NCBI GenBank assembly: GCA_045805385.1
Contig: JBJMLG010000231.1
Coordinates: 1 to 59,607, forward strand
Length of the DNA: 59,607 nucleotides
Source of the DNA: Thermoleophilaceae bacterium
GTDB lineage: Bacteria; Actinomycetota; Thermoleophilia; Solirubrobacterales; Thermoleophilaceae
Direction: 5' to 3'
Shown in pieces: positions 48,203-58,301 of this stretch (position 1 is the stretch's first letter; the number at the start of each line of letters is the position of its first letter). The notes beneath the pieces are model-generated. The model had not been told where the DNA came from. It saw nothing but the letters and a program-made list of their open reading frames with translations, and searched no databases. The position numbers were made by a program, and so were the translations under genes.

Positions 48203-49596
48203 CTGCGCGCCGGGTCCAGCGTGGGGTCGAGGTGCCGCGGGTGCCCGCTCGTGAGCACGTCGCGCACGTCGAACGCGGGCGAGGCTTCGATCACCTTGCC
48301 CGAGCGGATGATCTGGGCGAGCGCCGAAACCACGCGTGGGTCGAACTGCGAGCCGGCGTTGGCCCACAACTCCTCGAGCGCAGTCTCCTGGCTCATGGCG
48401 GCGCGGTAGGGGCGGTCGGTGGTCATCGCGCTGTAGGCGTCGCAGGTGAACACGATCCGCGCCTCGAGCGGGATCTCATAGCCGGCGAGCCCGTCGGGGT
48501 AGCCCTGCCCGTCCCAGCGCTCGTGGCACGAGCGCACGATCTTGCCGACGCGGCCGAGCAGACCGCCCACGCGGTCGAGCAGCACTTGCCCCTCGATCGT
48601 GTGGGTCTTCATCAGCTCGAACTCCTCCTCGGTGAGGGCGCCGGGCTTGTTGAGGATCTCCTTCGGGATCACGATCTTGCCCACGTCGTGGAGCAGGGCC
48701 GCGAACTCGAGCTCCTGCCGCGCCTCGTCGTCGATGCCGAGCTCGTCGGCGGTGGCGTTCACGAGCCCGACCACCGAACGGCAGTGGTCGGCCGTGTAGT
48801 TGTCGTCCGCCTCGACGACGTCGGATAGGAGCATCACGGTGCCGCGGTATGCGCGGTTCAGCTCTAGCGCGGCGGAGTGCCGCTCGCGGCGGTCCTTCGC
48901 GAAGTTGTGCAGGAGCCACACGACGGGCAGGATCGACAGGGTCACCGCCGGCGAATCGGCGGCCACGATAGCGACCATCAGCGCGACGGGAGAGAGCACG
49001 GCGTCGATGTTGTAGACCCACATCGCCACGCCGAGGCTCTCGCGCAGCGAGATGCCACGAACGAGCCACTCGCGCGTCATCACGGGCACGAAGTCGCTCA
49101 CGACCTGCGCCACGAGCGCGAGCGCGTAGACGCCAACGTGGTCGAGCGAGGCGGGGCCGGGCGCGAGCTGCGAAAGGACGACCACCGGCCCGATGCAGAA
49201 CCAGGCGTCGGAGATGTCGTAGAGCGCGCGCTCGGCGTGCTTCTGGCGCAGGACGTACTCGGGCAGCCGCGCGACTAGGTAGGCGCAGGGGATCAGCAGC
49301 GGCACGAGCGGCAGCGCGAGGATGAACAGGATCGGCACGAACACGAGCTGAGTTGCCACGGCCACGCTGCTGCCGATCTCGAACTCCACTCGCGAGACGA
49401 CCGCGAAGGCCAGGGCCAGCGAGACCGCGAGCACCGGATCGGTCTCGCGCTCCCACGGGAGCGTGAACGCGAGCGTGGCCGCGACGGCCACGTAGAGCAC
49501 GGCGGAGACCGCCACCACGTACAGCTCACGCGGCGTCATCGCGCGCGCGTGACGCTCGCGGGCAGCGCCGACCAGTCGCTCAAGCCCGTTCATCAA
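48199..49596 (-). CDS. Membrane-anchored HD-GYP domain protein (probable c-di-GMP phosphodiesterase)
   Basis: Polytopic N-terminal half, then LLHDVGKIVIP...HERWDGQGYPDGL. Confidence 0.88.
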   Translation of the reverse strand: MMNGLERLVGAARERHARAMTPRELYVVAVSAVLYVAVAATLAFTLPWERETDPVLAVSLALAFAVVSRVEFEIGSSVAVATQLVFVPILFILALPLVPLLIPCAYLVARLPEYVLRQKHAERALYDISDAWFCIGPVVVLSQLAPGPASLDHVGVYALALVAQVVSDFVPVMTREWLVRGISLRESLGVAMWVYNIDAVLSPVALMVAIVAADSPAVTLSILPVVWLLHNFAKDRRERHSAALELNRAYRGTVMLLSDVVEADDNYTADHCRSVVGLVNATADELGIDDEARQELEFAALLHDVGKIVIPKEILNKPGALTEEEFELMKTHTIEGQVLLDRVGGLLGRVGKIVRSCHERWDGQGYPDGLAGYEIPLEARIVFTCDAYSAMTTDRPYRAAMSQETALEELWANAGSQFDPRVVSALAQIIRSGKVIEASPAFDVRDVLTSGHPRHLDPTLDPARS

Positions 49597-49732
49597 CTCT
49601 CTTTTCGGTGGGAGTTTGGGCGTGCGCGATGCAAGTTCAATCAGTGCACGGGTTCCGGCTCGAAACTTGTGCGCGGCTCTCGGCCTCTGGAGCGCTGAGA
49701 GAGGCCTTGCGCCTCACTAGACTCACGAATCC

Positions 49733-52351
49733 GTGAGGGGTGCAGAGCTCCGAGAAACCTTCCTGTCCTTCTTCGAGAGCAAGGGCCATCTGCGCGTGCC
49801 GTCGTCGTCGCTCGTGCCGCCGCCCGAGGACCGGACGGTGCTGCTCACCACTGCCGGAATGCAGCAGTTCAAGCCTTATTTCCGCGGTCAGCAGAAGCCG
49901 CCGAGCCAGCGCCTCACCTCGTGCCAGAAGTGCTTCCGCACCCCCGACATCGAGCAGGTCGGCATCACGGCGCGCCACCTCACCTTCTTCGAGATGCTCG
50001 GCAACTTCTCGGTCGGCGACTACTTCAAGCAGGGCGCCGTGGAGTTCGCCTGGGAGTTCTCGACCGAGGTGATGAAGCTCGACCCCGAGCGCATCTGGGT
50101 GACGGTCTTCGGCGGGGACGACGACCTCGGCCTCGGCTACGACGAGGAGGCGGTCCAGTGCTGGCTGTCCATCGGCGTGCCCGAGGAGCGCATCGTCCAC
50201 CTCGGCCGCGAGGACAACTTCTGGCAGGCGGGAGCGGTCGGGCCCTGCGGCCCCTGCTCGGAGCTGTACTACGACCGCGGCCCGGACTACGGCCCCGACA
50301 CCGACCGGCCCGGCGACGACACCGAGCGCATGCTCGAGTACTGGAACCTCGTGTTCATGCAGTACGAGCTGCACGAGGACGGCTCGCTCACGCCGCTTCC
50401 GTCGCAGAACATCGACACCGGCCTCGGGCTCGAGCGCATGAGCGCGATCCTCCAGGACGTTCCGTCGGTGTACGAGACCGATCTCTTCCGCCCGATCATC
50501 GACCTTGGCGAGGAGCTGTCGGGGCGACGCTACGGCGCCGACTTCGCCACCACACGCGCACTCCGCATCCTGGCCGACCACGGGCGTGGCGCCACCTTCA
50601 TGCTCGCCGACGGCGTGGTTCCCTCCAACGAGGACCGCGGCTACGTGCTGCGGCGGATCATGCGCCGCATGATCCAACAGGGCCGGGTGCTCGGCCTCGG
50701 CGAGCCGTTCCTCGAGCGGGTCGTGGAGCGGGTGATCGAGGTGATGGGCGACGCCTATCCCGACATCCGCGCGGCCCGCGACACCATCGTGCGGTGGGCG
50801 GTGGCCGAGGAGGAGAGCTTCGGCCGCACCCTCGCGCAGGGCGAGCGGCTGCTCGCTGAGGTCATCCAGAGCGCGAAGGACGCGCAGACCTCGTGGGTGG
50901 ATCCCGAGGACGCGTTCCGCCTGCACGACACCTACGGCTTTCCCTACGAGCTCACGAAGGAGCTGCTGCACGACCAGGGCCTCTCGGTGGACGACGCCGG
51001 CTTCGAGGAGCTGATGGAGCGCGCACGCGCCGTCTCGCGCGGCGGCTGGGACAGCGGCAAGCAGGGCGGCGATCACCACGAGCGCGTGCTGAAGTTCGCG
51101 CAGCGCCACGACTCGCCCACCCGCTTCGTGGGCTACGAGGCGGTGGAATGGGAGACAACGATCGGCGCGCTCGAGCGCGACAACGGCCGCTTCCTCGCGA
51201 AGCTCGCGGAGAGCCCGTTCTACGCCGAGGGCGGCGGGCAGGTGTCGGACTCCGGAGTGGTCGAGACGCCGTCCGGCCTCGCGAGCGTGGCGGTGGTGTA
51301 CCGCCTGCCCGGCGAGGACCAGGCGGTGGCGCTCGACGTGAAGGAGGGCGAGCTCGTGGAGGGCGAGCCGGCGCGCGCGCTGGTGGATCGCCCCACGCGC
51401 TTCGCCACGATGAACAACCACACGGCCACGCATCTGCTCCACGCCGCGCTGCGCGCCGAGCTCGGCACGCACGTGCGCCAGGCGGGCTCCTACGTGGGCC
51501 CGGACAAGCTGCGCTTCGACTTCACGCACTCCGAGCGGCTCACGCCCGACCAGGTGACTCGCGTGGAGGAGCGCGTGAACGAGTGGATCGTGGAGAACCA
51601 CCCGGTGCACGCCGTCTACACGAGCCGCGAAGAGGCGGAGCGCCTGGGGGCGATGGCGCTGTTCGGCGAGAAGTACGGCGACTGGGTGCGAATGGTGGAG
51701 ATCGAGGGCGTGTCGCGCGAGCTGTGCGGCGGCACCCACGTGGCGAACTCGGCCGAGATCGGGCTCTTCCACCTCACGCACGAGACTTCGAGCGCCGCGA
51801 ACGTGCGCCGCGTGGAGGCGGTCACCGGCGCCGGCGGCGTGGACGTCTTCCGCGAGCGGACCGAGGAGATGCGGCGGCTCTCGGCGATGCTGCGGGTGCC
51901 CGAGCGCGACGTGGTGTCGGCGGTCGAGAAGCTCCAGGAGCAGCTGCGCGAGGCGCAGCGGCGCCCCAGGCAGGACGATCGCCAGCTGGCGCAGGAGCTG
52001 GCGCAGCAGGCCGAGGAGATCGGCGGTGTGCGGGTGCTCGCTCAGGTGGTGGACGTGCCGGAGCGCGACTCGCTGCTGCAGCTCTCCGACCAGCTCAAGC
52101 AGACGCTCGGCGACAGCGCGGTGGTGCTTGGCACCGCGATCGACGGGCGCGTGCACCTGATCGCGAACTTCTCGCCCGGCGCGGTCGAGCGGGGGTTGAA
52201 GGCGGGCGACGTGGTGCGTGCGGCGGCGGAGGTGGCCGGCGGCGGTGGCGGCGGCCGGGACAACATGGCGCAGGCGGGCGGCCGCGACCCGGAGAAGCTG
52301 CCGGAGGCGATCGCGGCTGCACGCCTCGCGATCGAAAAAACGCTTAGATGA
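49733..52351 (+). CDS. alaS: Alanine--tRNA ligase
   Basis: ELRETFLSFFESKGHLRVPSSSLVP...FFEMLGNFSVGDYFK...WNLVFMQY...editing-domain HTATHLLHAAL...C-terminal GGGGGR. Confidence 0.95.
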   Translation: MRGAELRETFLSFFESKGHLRVPSSSLVPPPEDRTVLLTTAGMQQFKPYFRGQQKPPSQRLTSCQKCFRTPDIEQVGITARHLTFFEMLGNFSVGDYFKQGAVEFAWEFSTEVMKLDPERIWVTVFGGDDDLGLGYDEEAVQCWLSIGVPEERIVHLGREDNFWQAGAVGPCGPCSELYYDRGPDYGPDTDRPGDDTERMLEYWNLVFMQYELHEDGSLTPLPSQNIDTGLGLERMSAILQDVPSVYETDLFRPIIDLGEELSGRRYGADFATTRALRILADHGRGATFMLADGVVPSNEDRGYVLRRIMRRMIQQGRVLGLGEPFLERVVERVIEVMGDAYPDIRAARDTIVRWAVAEEESFGRTLAQGERLLAEVIQSAKDAQTSWVDPEDAFRLHDTYGFPYELTKELLHDQGLSVDDAGFEELMERARAVSRGGWDSGKQGGDHHERVLKFAQRHDSPTRFVGYEAVEWETTIGALERDNGRFLAKLAESPFYAEGGGQVSDSGVVETPSGLASVAVVYRLPGEDQAVALDVKEGELVEGEPARALVDRPTRFATMNNHTATHLLHAALRAELGTHVRQAGSYVGPDKLRFDFTHSERLTPDQVTRVEERVNEWIVENHPVHAVYTSREEAERLGAMALFGEKYGDWVRMVEIEGVSRELCGGTHVANSAEIGLFHLTHETSSAANVRRVEAVTGAGGVDVFRERTEEMRRLSAMLRVPERDVVSAVEKLQEQLREAQRRPRQDDRQLAQELAQQAEEIGGVRVLAQVVDVPERDSLLQLSDQLKQTLGDSAVVLGTAIDGRVHLIANFSPGAVERGLKAGDVVRAAAEVAGGGGGGRDNMAQAGGRDPEKLPEAIAAARLAIEKTLR

Positions 52352-52743
52352 GCCGGGTGCTTGCGCTTGATTACGGGGAGGCGCGCTGCGGGGCGGCCGT
52401 GTCCGACCCGACAGGCACGCTGGCCACGCCGCTGAGCGCGGTGGAGCGGCCGGCCACGCGACGCGGTCTCGACAGGGTCGTGGCGCTCGTGCGTGAGCAG
52501 GGCGCCGAGCGCGTGGTGGTCGGGCTGCCGCTCACGCTCTCCGGCGAGGAAGGGCCCCAGGCGGAGGAGACTCGCCGCTTCGCGGAACGGCTGGCCGAGA
52601 GGATCGCCGTGCCGCTGGACCTGCACGACGAGCGTCTCACCACACGTCAGGCCGAACGATCCGGCGGCCGCGCCGACGCGGACTCGCGCGCCGCGGCGTT
52701 GCTGCTCGAGAGCTACCTGGCGAGGCTGGAGCGGTCTCGGTGA
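52348..52743 (+). CDS. ruvX: Holliday-junction-resolvase-like nuclease RuvX (YqgF)
   Basis: VLALDYGEARCGAAVSDPTGTLATPL...VVGLPLTLSGEEGPQA...DERLTT. ATGA overlap with alaS. Confidence 0.88.
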   Translation: MSRVLALDYGEARCGAAVSDPTGTLATPLSAVERPATRRGLDRVVALVREQGAERVVVGLPLTLSGEEGPQAEETRRFAERLAERIAVPLDLHDERLTTRQAERSGGRADADSRAAALLLESYLARLERSR

Positions 52744-53993
52744 GCGGGTACGGGCCGCCGCCCGTGCCCGGCGGCCGTTCGGAGAGCGATCGCGAGGCTG
52801 CACGGCGAGCGCGAGAGGCGAGGCGCCGCGAGGCCTGGGGCGAGCCGATGCCGGAGTTCGACTTCGAGCACGCCGACGGCGACGGCGACGGCCGGCCGCC
52901 GCTGCGACCGGCCCAGCGGCGGTTCGGCGGGAACCCCGGGCGGCCCGTGAAGGTGCGGCGCCGCCGGATGGCAGCGCTCGCCGCGCTGCTTGCCGGGCTG
53001 GCCGTCGTGCTCTGGTTCCTGCTCTCGCTGTTCCAGCCGTTCAAGGGCGACGGCTCAGGCAGCGTGCGCGTCGCGGTCCCGAAGGGCGCGGGCCTCGGCG
53101 AGATCGCGACCGCGCTCGACAAGCGCGGTGTGATCTCGAGCACGTTCTTCTTCAAGTTGCGCGCGCGCATCGACGGCCGCACGAGCGACTTCAAGCCCGG
53201 CACCTACACGCTCAAGCACGACATGAAGTACACGGCGGCGATCGACGCGCTCGTGAAGGGCACCTCGCCGAGCACCGTGAACTTGACGATCCCGGAGGGC
53301 CGCTCGCGGAAAGAGATCGCGCCGATCGTGAGGTCAGCCGGCCTGCGGGGCAACTACCTCAGCGTGAGCAAGCGCTCCTCGCAGCTCGACCCACGCCGCT
53401 ACGGCGCCAAGAACGCTGCCAGCCTCGAGGGATTCCTGTTTCCCTCGACCTATGAGCTGAAGCCGCACTCGACCGCGAAGGACCTCGTGGCCAAGCAGCT
53501 GTCGACCTTCAAGCAGGAGTTCTCGACCGTCAACCTGTCTAACGCGCGTAAGAAGAACCTGACGTCCTACGACGTGCTCACGATCGCCTCGATGGTGGAG
53601 CGCGAGGCGCAGGTCGACAAGGAGCGGCCGCTCGTGGCGGCGGTGATCTACAACCGGCTCAAGCAGGGGATGCCGCTCGGCATCGACGCCACGATCCGCT
53701 ACGTGACGGGCAACTGGACGCAGCCCCTGAAGCAGTCCGAGCTCGCGATCCGGTCGGGATACAACACGCGCACGAACAACGGGCTGCCGCCGGGTCCGAT
53801 CGGCAACCCGGGGCTCAAGTCGATCGAGGCAGCCGCGCACCCCGCGAAGGTGGGCTACCTCTTCTACGTGGTCAAGCCGGGCACGTGCGGCGAGCACGCC
53901 TTCTCGTCCACCGACGCTCAGTTCCAGCGCGACGTCGCGAAGTACAACAACGCGCGCAACGCGAAGGGCGGGAAGTCGCCGACCACCTGCTGA
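52740..53993 (+). CDS. mltG: Endolytic murein transglycosylase MltG (YceG-like) with an extended disordered N-terminus
   Basis: TM helix MAALAALLAGLAVVLWFLLSL, then LTIPEGRSRKEIA...ASMVEREAQ...YNTRTNNGLPPGPIGNPG. GTGA overlap with ruvX. Confidence 0.88.
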   Translation: MSGYGPPPVPGGRSESDREAARRAREARRREAWGEPMPEFDFEHADGDGDGRPPLRPAQRRFGGNPGRPVKVRRRRMAALAALLAGLAVVLWFLLSLFQPFKGDGSGSVRVAVPKGAGLGEIATALDKRGVISSTFFFKLRARIDGRTSDFKPGTYTLKHDMKYTAAIDALVKGTSPSTVNLTIPEGRSRKEIAPIVRSAGLRGNYLSVSKRSSQLDPRRYGAKNAASLEGFLFPSTYELKPHSTAKDLVAKQLSTFKQEFSTVNLSNARKKNLTSYDVLTIASMVEREAQVDKERPLVAAVIYNRLKQGMPLGIDATIRYVTGNWTQPLKQSELAIRSGYNTRTNNGLPPGPIGNPGLKSIEAAAHPAKVGYLFYVVKPGTCGEHAFSSTDAQFQRDVAKYNNARNAKGGKSPTTC

Positions 53994-54769
53994 TGCTGGC
54001 GGGCGTCCTCGGCTTCCCGGTCGCGCACAGCCGCTCGCCGCAGATGCACAATGCTGCCTTCGAGGCGCTCGGGCTCGACTGGCGCTACGTGCGCCTGCCA
54101 GTGCCGCCTGAGCTCTTCGAAGAGACGGTGCGCGCACTGCCGGGCTCGGACTACGGCGGCGCCAACGTCACGATCCCGCACAAGCGGGCAGCGCTCGCAC
54201 TCGCGGACGAGCGAAGCGACGCCGCTGCCGCGATCGGCGCCGCCAACACGCTCACGTTCGCCGGCGGCTCCATCCGCGCCGAGAACACCGACGCCGGTGG
54301 GCTGCTCGACGCGCTCGGCGACTCGCCCTCCGGCAAGCGCGCGCTCGTGCTCGGAGCGGGCGGCGCCGGACGGGCGGCCGCCTACGCCCTCCGGGACGCC
54401 GGGGGGGACGTGGCGGTGTGGAACCGCACTCCCGCGCGCGCACGCGAGCTCGCGGCCGACCTCGGCGTGGCCGCCGCGGAGAACAGCGACCCGGCGGGCT
54501 TCGATCTGCTGGTGAACACCACCTCGGTCGGACTGGACGGCCGCGGCGGCCTGGACGACCTCGGGCTCGCCGGCACGGCGGCGCCCGAAACGGTGGTGGA
54601 TCTGGTCTACGGCGCGTCCGAGACGCCGGTCTGCGCCTGGGCGCGCGAGGGAGGAGCGCGGGTGGTGGACGGCGTCGAGGTACTCGTGCGCCAAGGCGCC
54701 CTCAGCTTCCGCATCTGGACCGGTGTGGAGCCTCCGCTCGACGTCATGCGCGCGGCTGCGCGTCGATAG
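53993..54769 (+). CDS. aroE: Shikimate dehydrogenase
   Basis: Internal ATG at 53993 (TGATG junction). GFPVAHSRSPQMHNAAF...GANVTIPHK...NTL...VLGAGGAGRAAAYAL. Confidence 0.88.
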   Translation: MLAGVLGFPVAHSRSPQMHNAAFEALGLDWRYVRLPVPPELFEETVRALPGSDYGGANVTIPHKRAALALADERSDAAAAIGAANTLTFAGGSIRAENTDAGGLLDALGDSPSGKRALVLGAGGAGRAAAYALRDAGGDVAVWNRTPARARELAADLGVAAAENSDPAGFDLLVNTTSVGLDGRGGLDDLGLAGTAAPETVVDLVYGASETPVCAWAREGGARVVDGVEVLVRQGALSFRIWTGVEPPLDVMRAAARR

Positions 54770-54818
54770 CGTCCAGAGGCGCTAAACATCCGTCCACGCG
54801 CTGCCGATAGGAGGGGCG

Positions 54819-55409
54819 ATGGCCGTTCCTCGCCCCGTTCTACTCGCGATTCTCGGCTTCCTCCTGATCTCGGCAACCTTCGTCGCGACCAGGCACAGCT
54901 CGTCCGGTGGCGGCTCCACGCCCGCCCCGGCGGCTCAGGCTGCCAAGCCCAGCACCGCCCCTAAGGCCCAGGCGCACAAGACGTCTCCCGTCAAGAAGGC
55001 GGTCGCCGCCCCTGAGAAGGCGAAGACCAAGGCTACGAAGTCCCCGGCGCATGCCCCCGCTGCCAAGGCCCCGGCCAAGGCACCCGGTTCGTCGAACGGC
55101 CTGCCTGCTCCGATCGCGAATGCGTTCGCACAGCACAAGGTCGTCGTGCTCTTCTTCGAAGGGCGCGGCGCCGACGACGCCGCCACGGCTCAGTCCGTGA
55201 AGGCGGTCAAGTCGGCAACCCACGGCAAGGTCGCCGTGTTCAGCGACAAACTCTCCAACCTCGCCGACTACCGGCGGATCGTCGAAGGTCTCGACATCTC
55301 GCAAGCTCCATCTACGGTCGTCGTCGGTCGTGACATGAAGGCACGGCTGATCGAAGGCTTCGTCGATTCCGGGTCACTCCGCCAGTTGGTGGCGGACATG
55401 ACCGGATGA
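54819..55409 (+). CDS. Membrane-anchored protein with an Ala/Lys/Pro-rich linker and a Cys-less thioredoxin-fold-like C-terminal domain
   Basis: AGGAGGGG SD. TM helix VLLAILGFLLISATFVA. Low-complexity AKP linker. C-terminal HKVVVLFFEGRGADD...KVAVFSD...ISQAPSTVVVG...IEGFVD follows a thioredoxin pattern without CxxC. Confidence 0.5.
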   Translation: MAVPRPVLLAILGFLLISATFVATRHSSSGGGSTPAPAAQAAKPSTAPKAQAHKTSPVKKAVAAPEKAKTKATKSPAHAPAAKAPAKAPGSSNGLPAPIANAFAQHKVVVLFFEGRGADDAATAQSVKAVKSATHGKVAVFSDKLSNLADYRRIVEGLDISQAPSTVVVGRDMKARLIEGFVDSGSLRQLVADMTG

Positions 55410-57193
55410 CCGAAGGCGATCGCGGGCCTCATCTCTACACCGTTCCCGGCGTAGGCGACTCCGCCGACGCCGCAGCCGCCGTCGCCGTCGAGGCGCCGGA
55501 GCTCGGCAACGGCATCACGCCCCCGCGCCACCGCGGGCGGCGCGGGGGCTTCATCTCCGACGTCATCGTCGAACTCGGCTTCCTGCCCAAGGAGCGGGTC
55601 GACTCGGCGGTCGAGGAGGCACGCGCCTCCGGGCGGACGCCTGAGCAGGTGCTGCTCGAGTCCGGTGGGCTCACCGCCGACCAGCTCGCGCGCGCGACCG
55701 CCGAGCGCTTCGGGCTCGACCACGTCGACCTGACGCTCTACAAGCCCGACGTGAGCGCGCTGAACCTCGTGAACGTCCAGGCCGCGCGCCGCTACAACGC
55801 CGCGCCGGTCGGCTTCGACGACGGCGTGCTGCTGGTGGCCATGGCGGACCCGTCGAACGTGCTCGCGCTCGACGACCTGAAGCTGCTCACCAAGCAGGAG
55901 ATCCGCCCGGTCGTCGCGTCGTCGGAGGACATCGGCGCGCTGATCAGCAAGATGAACCGGCTCGACGACGCGGTCGCGTCCGCGATCGAGGAGGACAACT
56001 CCGACGACCTAGCGCTCGTTTCGGAGATCCGCGAGTCCGCCGACGACGCACCGGTCATCAAGCTCGTCAACTCGATCATCGCCCAGGCGATCGAGGAGGG
56101 CGCGTCCGACATCCACTTCGAGCCCGACGGCCGCGAGATGCGCGTGCGCTTCCGCGTGGACGGCGTGCTCTCGGAGTCCACGACCATCCCAAAGCGGATG
56201 CTCGCGGGTGTGATCTCGCGTGTGAAGATCATGGCCAGCCTCGACATCGCCGAGCGGCGCGTGCCTCAGGACGGCCGGGTGTCGCTTACGGTCGAGGGGC
56301 ACGGTGTGGACGTGCGTGTCGTAACGCTGCCGTCGGTCCACGGCGAGGGCATCGTGATGCGAATCCTCGACAAGGAGCAGGTGCTGCTCACGCTCGACAC
56401 GCTCGGCATGCGCGACGAGGCACGCGAGCGCTTCGAGACGGGCTTCAAGCAGTCCTACGGCGCCGTGCTCGTGACCGGCCCGACCGGCTCTGGTAAGTCG
56501 ACCACGCTCTACGCCGCGCTGAACGCGATCAACGACGTGGAGAAGAACATCATCACGATCGAGGACCCGGTCGAGTACCAGCTCGAGGGCATCAACCAGG
56601 TGCAGGTGAACGTGAAGGCCGGCCTCACCTTCTCCGGCGGCCTGCGGGCGATGCTCCGCGCGGACCCCGACGTGATCATGGTCGGCGAGATCAGGGACGG
56701 CGAGACCGCGCGAATCGCCATCGAGTCCGCGCTCACCGGCCACCTCGTCCTCTCCACGCTTCACACGAACGACGCCCCGTCGGCGATCAGCCGCCTCACC
56801 GAGATGGGGATCGAGCCCTTCCTGACCGCTTCGGCGGTGGACTGCGTGCTCGCCCAGCGCCTCGCCCGAACGCTCTGCAAGCACTGCAAGCAGCGCACCG
56901 TGCTGACGGTGGAGTCGCTGCGCGGAGCGGGCTTCGAGGCGGCCTTCGACATCGAGGCGTACGAGCCGAAGGGCTGTGCCCGCTGCAACCTGACGGGCTA
57001 CAAGGGCCGCATCGGCATCTACGAGGTGATGACGCTCTCGGACGAGATCCGGACCATGACGATCGAGCGCGAGTCTGCCGACGCAATACGCAAGGTGGCC
57101 ATCGAGCAGGGGATGAGGGTGCTGCGAGCCGACGGCCTCGAGAAGGTGCGGCTTGGCCTCACGTCCATTGCCGAGGTTTCAAGGGTCACGTGA
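55406..57193 (+). CDS. pilB: Type IV pilus assembly ATPase PilB (GspE family)
   Basis: T2SSE_N domain, Walker A GPTGSGKSTTLYA, Asp/His boxes, and tetracysteine CKHCK...CARCNLTGYKGR. Confidence 0.92.
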   Translation: MTEGDRGPHLYTVPGVGDSADAAAAVAVEAPELGNGITPPRHRGRRGGFISDVIVELGFLPKERVDSAVEEARASGRTPEQVLLESGGLTADQLARATAERFGLDHVDLTLYKPDVSALNLVNVQAARRYNAAPVGFDDGVLLVAMADPSNVLALDDLKLLTKQEIRPVVASSEDIGALISKMNRLDDAVASAIEEDNSDDLALVSEIRESADDAPVIKLVNSIIAQAIEEGASDIHFEPDGREMRVRFRVDGVLSESTTIPKRMLAGVISRVKIMASLDIAERRVPQDGRVSLTVEGHGVDVRVVTLPSVHGEGIVMRILDKEQVLLTLDTLGMRDEARERFETGFKQSYGAVLVTGPTGSGKSTTLYAALNAINDVEKNIITIEDPVEYQLEGINQVQVNVKAGLTFSGGLRAMLRADPDVIMVGEIRDGETARIAIESALTGHLVLSTLHTNDAPSAISRLTEMGIEPFLTASAVDCVLAQRLARTLCKHCKQRTVLTVESLRGAGFEAAFDIEAYEPKGCARCNLTGYKGRIGIYEVMTLSDEIRTMTIERESADAIRKVAIEQGMRVLRADGLEKVRLGLTSIAEVSRVT

Positions 57194-57223
57194 TCTAAAG
57201 CCCCTGCCGATAGAGAGGAACAC

Positions 57224-58297
57224 ATGAGCTTCGACTTCGCTGACGTGCTTATCGAGACGATGGAGATGAAGGCCTCCGACCTTCATCTGACCGCCGGTTC
57301 TCCCCCGATGATCCGCAAGCGCGGCACCTTGAGCCCGCTGGACTACCCGCCGCTCACGCCGCAGGAGACACGTGAGGTCGTCTACTCGATCCTCACCAAC
57401 GACCAGCGCAAGCGCCTGGAGACCGACTGGCAGATCGACCTCGCCTACTCGGTGCCCGGCAAGAGCCGCTTCCGTGTGAACGCGTACTACCAGCGCGCGT
57501 CCATCAGCGCGGCTTTCCGCATCATCCCGAACGAGATGCCGGCGCTCGCCGACCTCGGCGTGCCGGCGGTACTCGAGGACTTCAGCAAGAAGCCGCGCGG
57601 CTTCGTGCTCGTCACGGGCCCGACCGGTTCCGGCAAGTCCACCACGCTCGCGGCGATGATCGACAAGATCAACGCCGAGCGGGAGGAGCACATCCTCACG
57701 ATCGAGGACCCGATCGAGTTCCTGCACCGCCACAAGCGCTGCATCGTGAACCAGCGCGAGCTCGGCGGCGACGCGCAGAGCTTCGCTCTGGGCCTGAAGG
57801 CCGCTCTTCGCCAGGACCCCGACGTGATCCTCGTCGGCGAGATGCGCGACCTCGAGACGATCGGGACTGCGCTGACGGCGGCCGAGACCGGCCACCTGGT
57901 CTTCGCGACGCTGCACACGCAGGACACCTCGCAGACCGTCGACCGAATCGTCGACGTGTTCCCGCCCTCGCAGCAGCAGCAGGTGCGCGTGCAGCTGTCC
58001 GTGTCGCTTCAGGGCATCGTCACGCAGCAGCTTCTGCCGACCGCCGACGGCTCCGGCCGCGTCGTGGCAACCGAGGTGCTGGTGCCCACGCCGGCGGTGC
58101 GGAACCTGATCCGCGAGGGCAAGACGCACCAGATCTACTCAGCGCTTCAGACGGGCGGGGCACATGGCATGCAGACGATGGACTCCGCGCTGGCGGACCT
58201 CGTCCGCCAGGGCAAGATCACTCGCGAGCTGGCCGAGGCGCGCTCGTCCACGCCGGACGAGCTGCGCCGCCTGATGGGAACGGTGAGGGCCGCCTAG
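57224..58297 (+). CDS. pilT: Type IV pilus retraction ATPase PilT
   Basis: ASDLHLTAGSPPMIR...GPTGSGKSTTLAA...ILVGEMRDLETI...GHLVFATLHT...AVRNLIREGK. Confidence 0.92.
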   Translation: MSFDFADVLIETMEMKASDLHLTAGSPPMIRKRGTLSPLDYPPLTPQETREVVYSILTNDQRKRLETDWQIDLAYSVPGKSRFRVNAYYQRASISAAFRIIPNEMPALADLGVPAVLEDFSKKPRGFVLVTGPTGSGKSTTLAAMIDKINAEREEHILTIEDPIEFLHRHKRCIVNQRELGGDAQSFALGLKAALRQDPDVILVGEMRDLETIGTALTAAETGHLVFATLHTQDTSQTVDRIVDVFPPSQQQQVRVQLSVSLQGIVTQQLLPTADGSGRVVATEVLVPTPAVRNLIREGKTHQIYSALQTGGAHGMQTMDSALADLVRQGKITRELAEARSSTPDELRRLMGTVRAA

Positions 58298-58301
58298 CGC
58301 C

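Noticed and set aside
49637-52156. 839-aa minus-strand ORF opposite alaS
   Set aside because: Same shadow-ORF artefact. The plus strand encodes a full-length AlaRS with all hallmark motifs.
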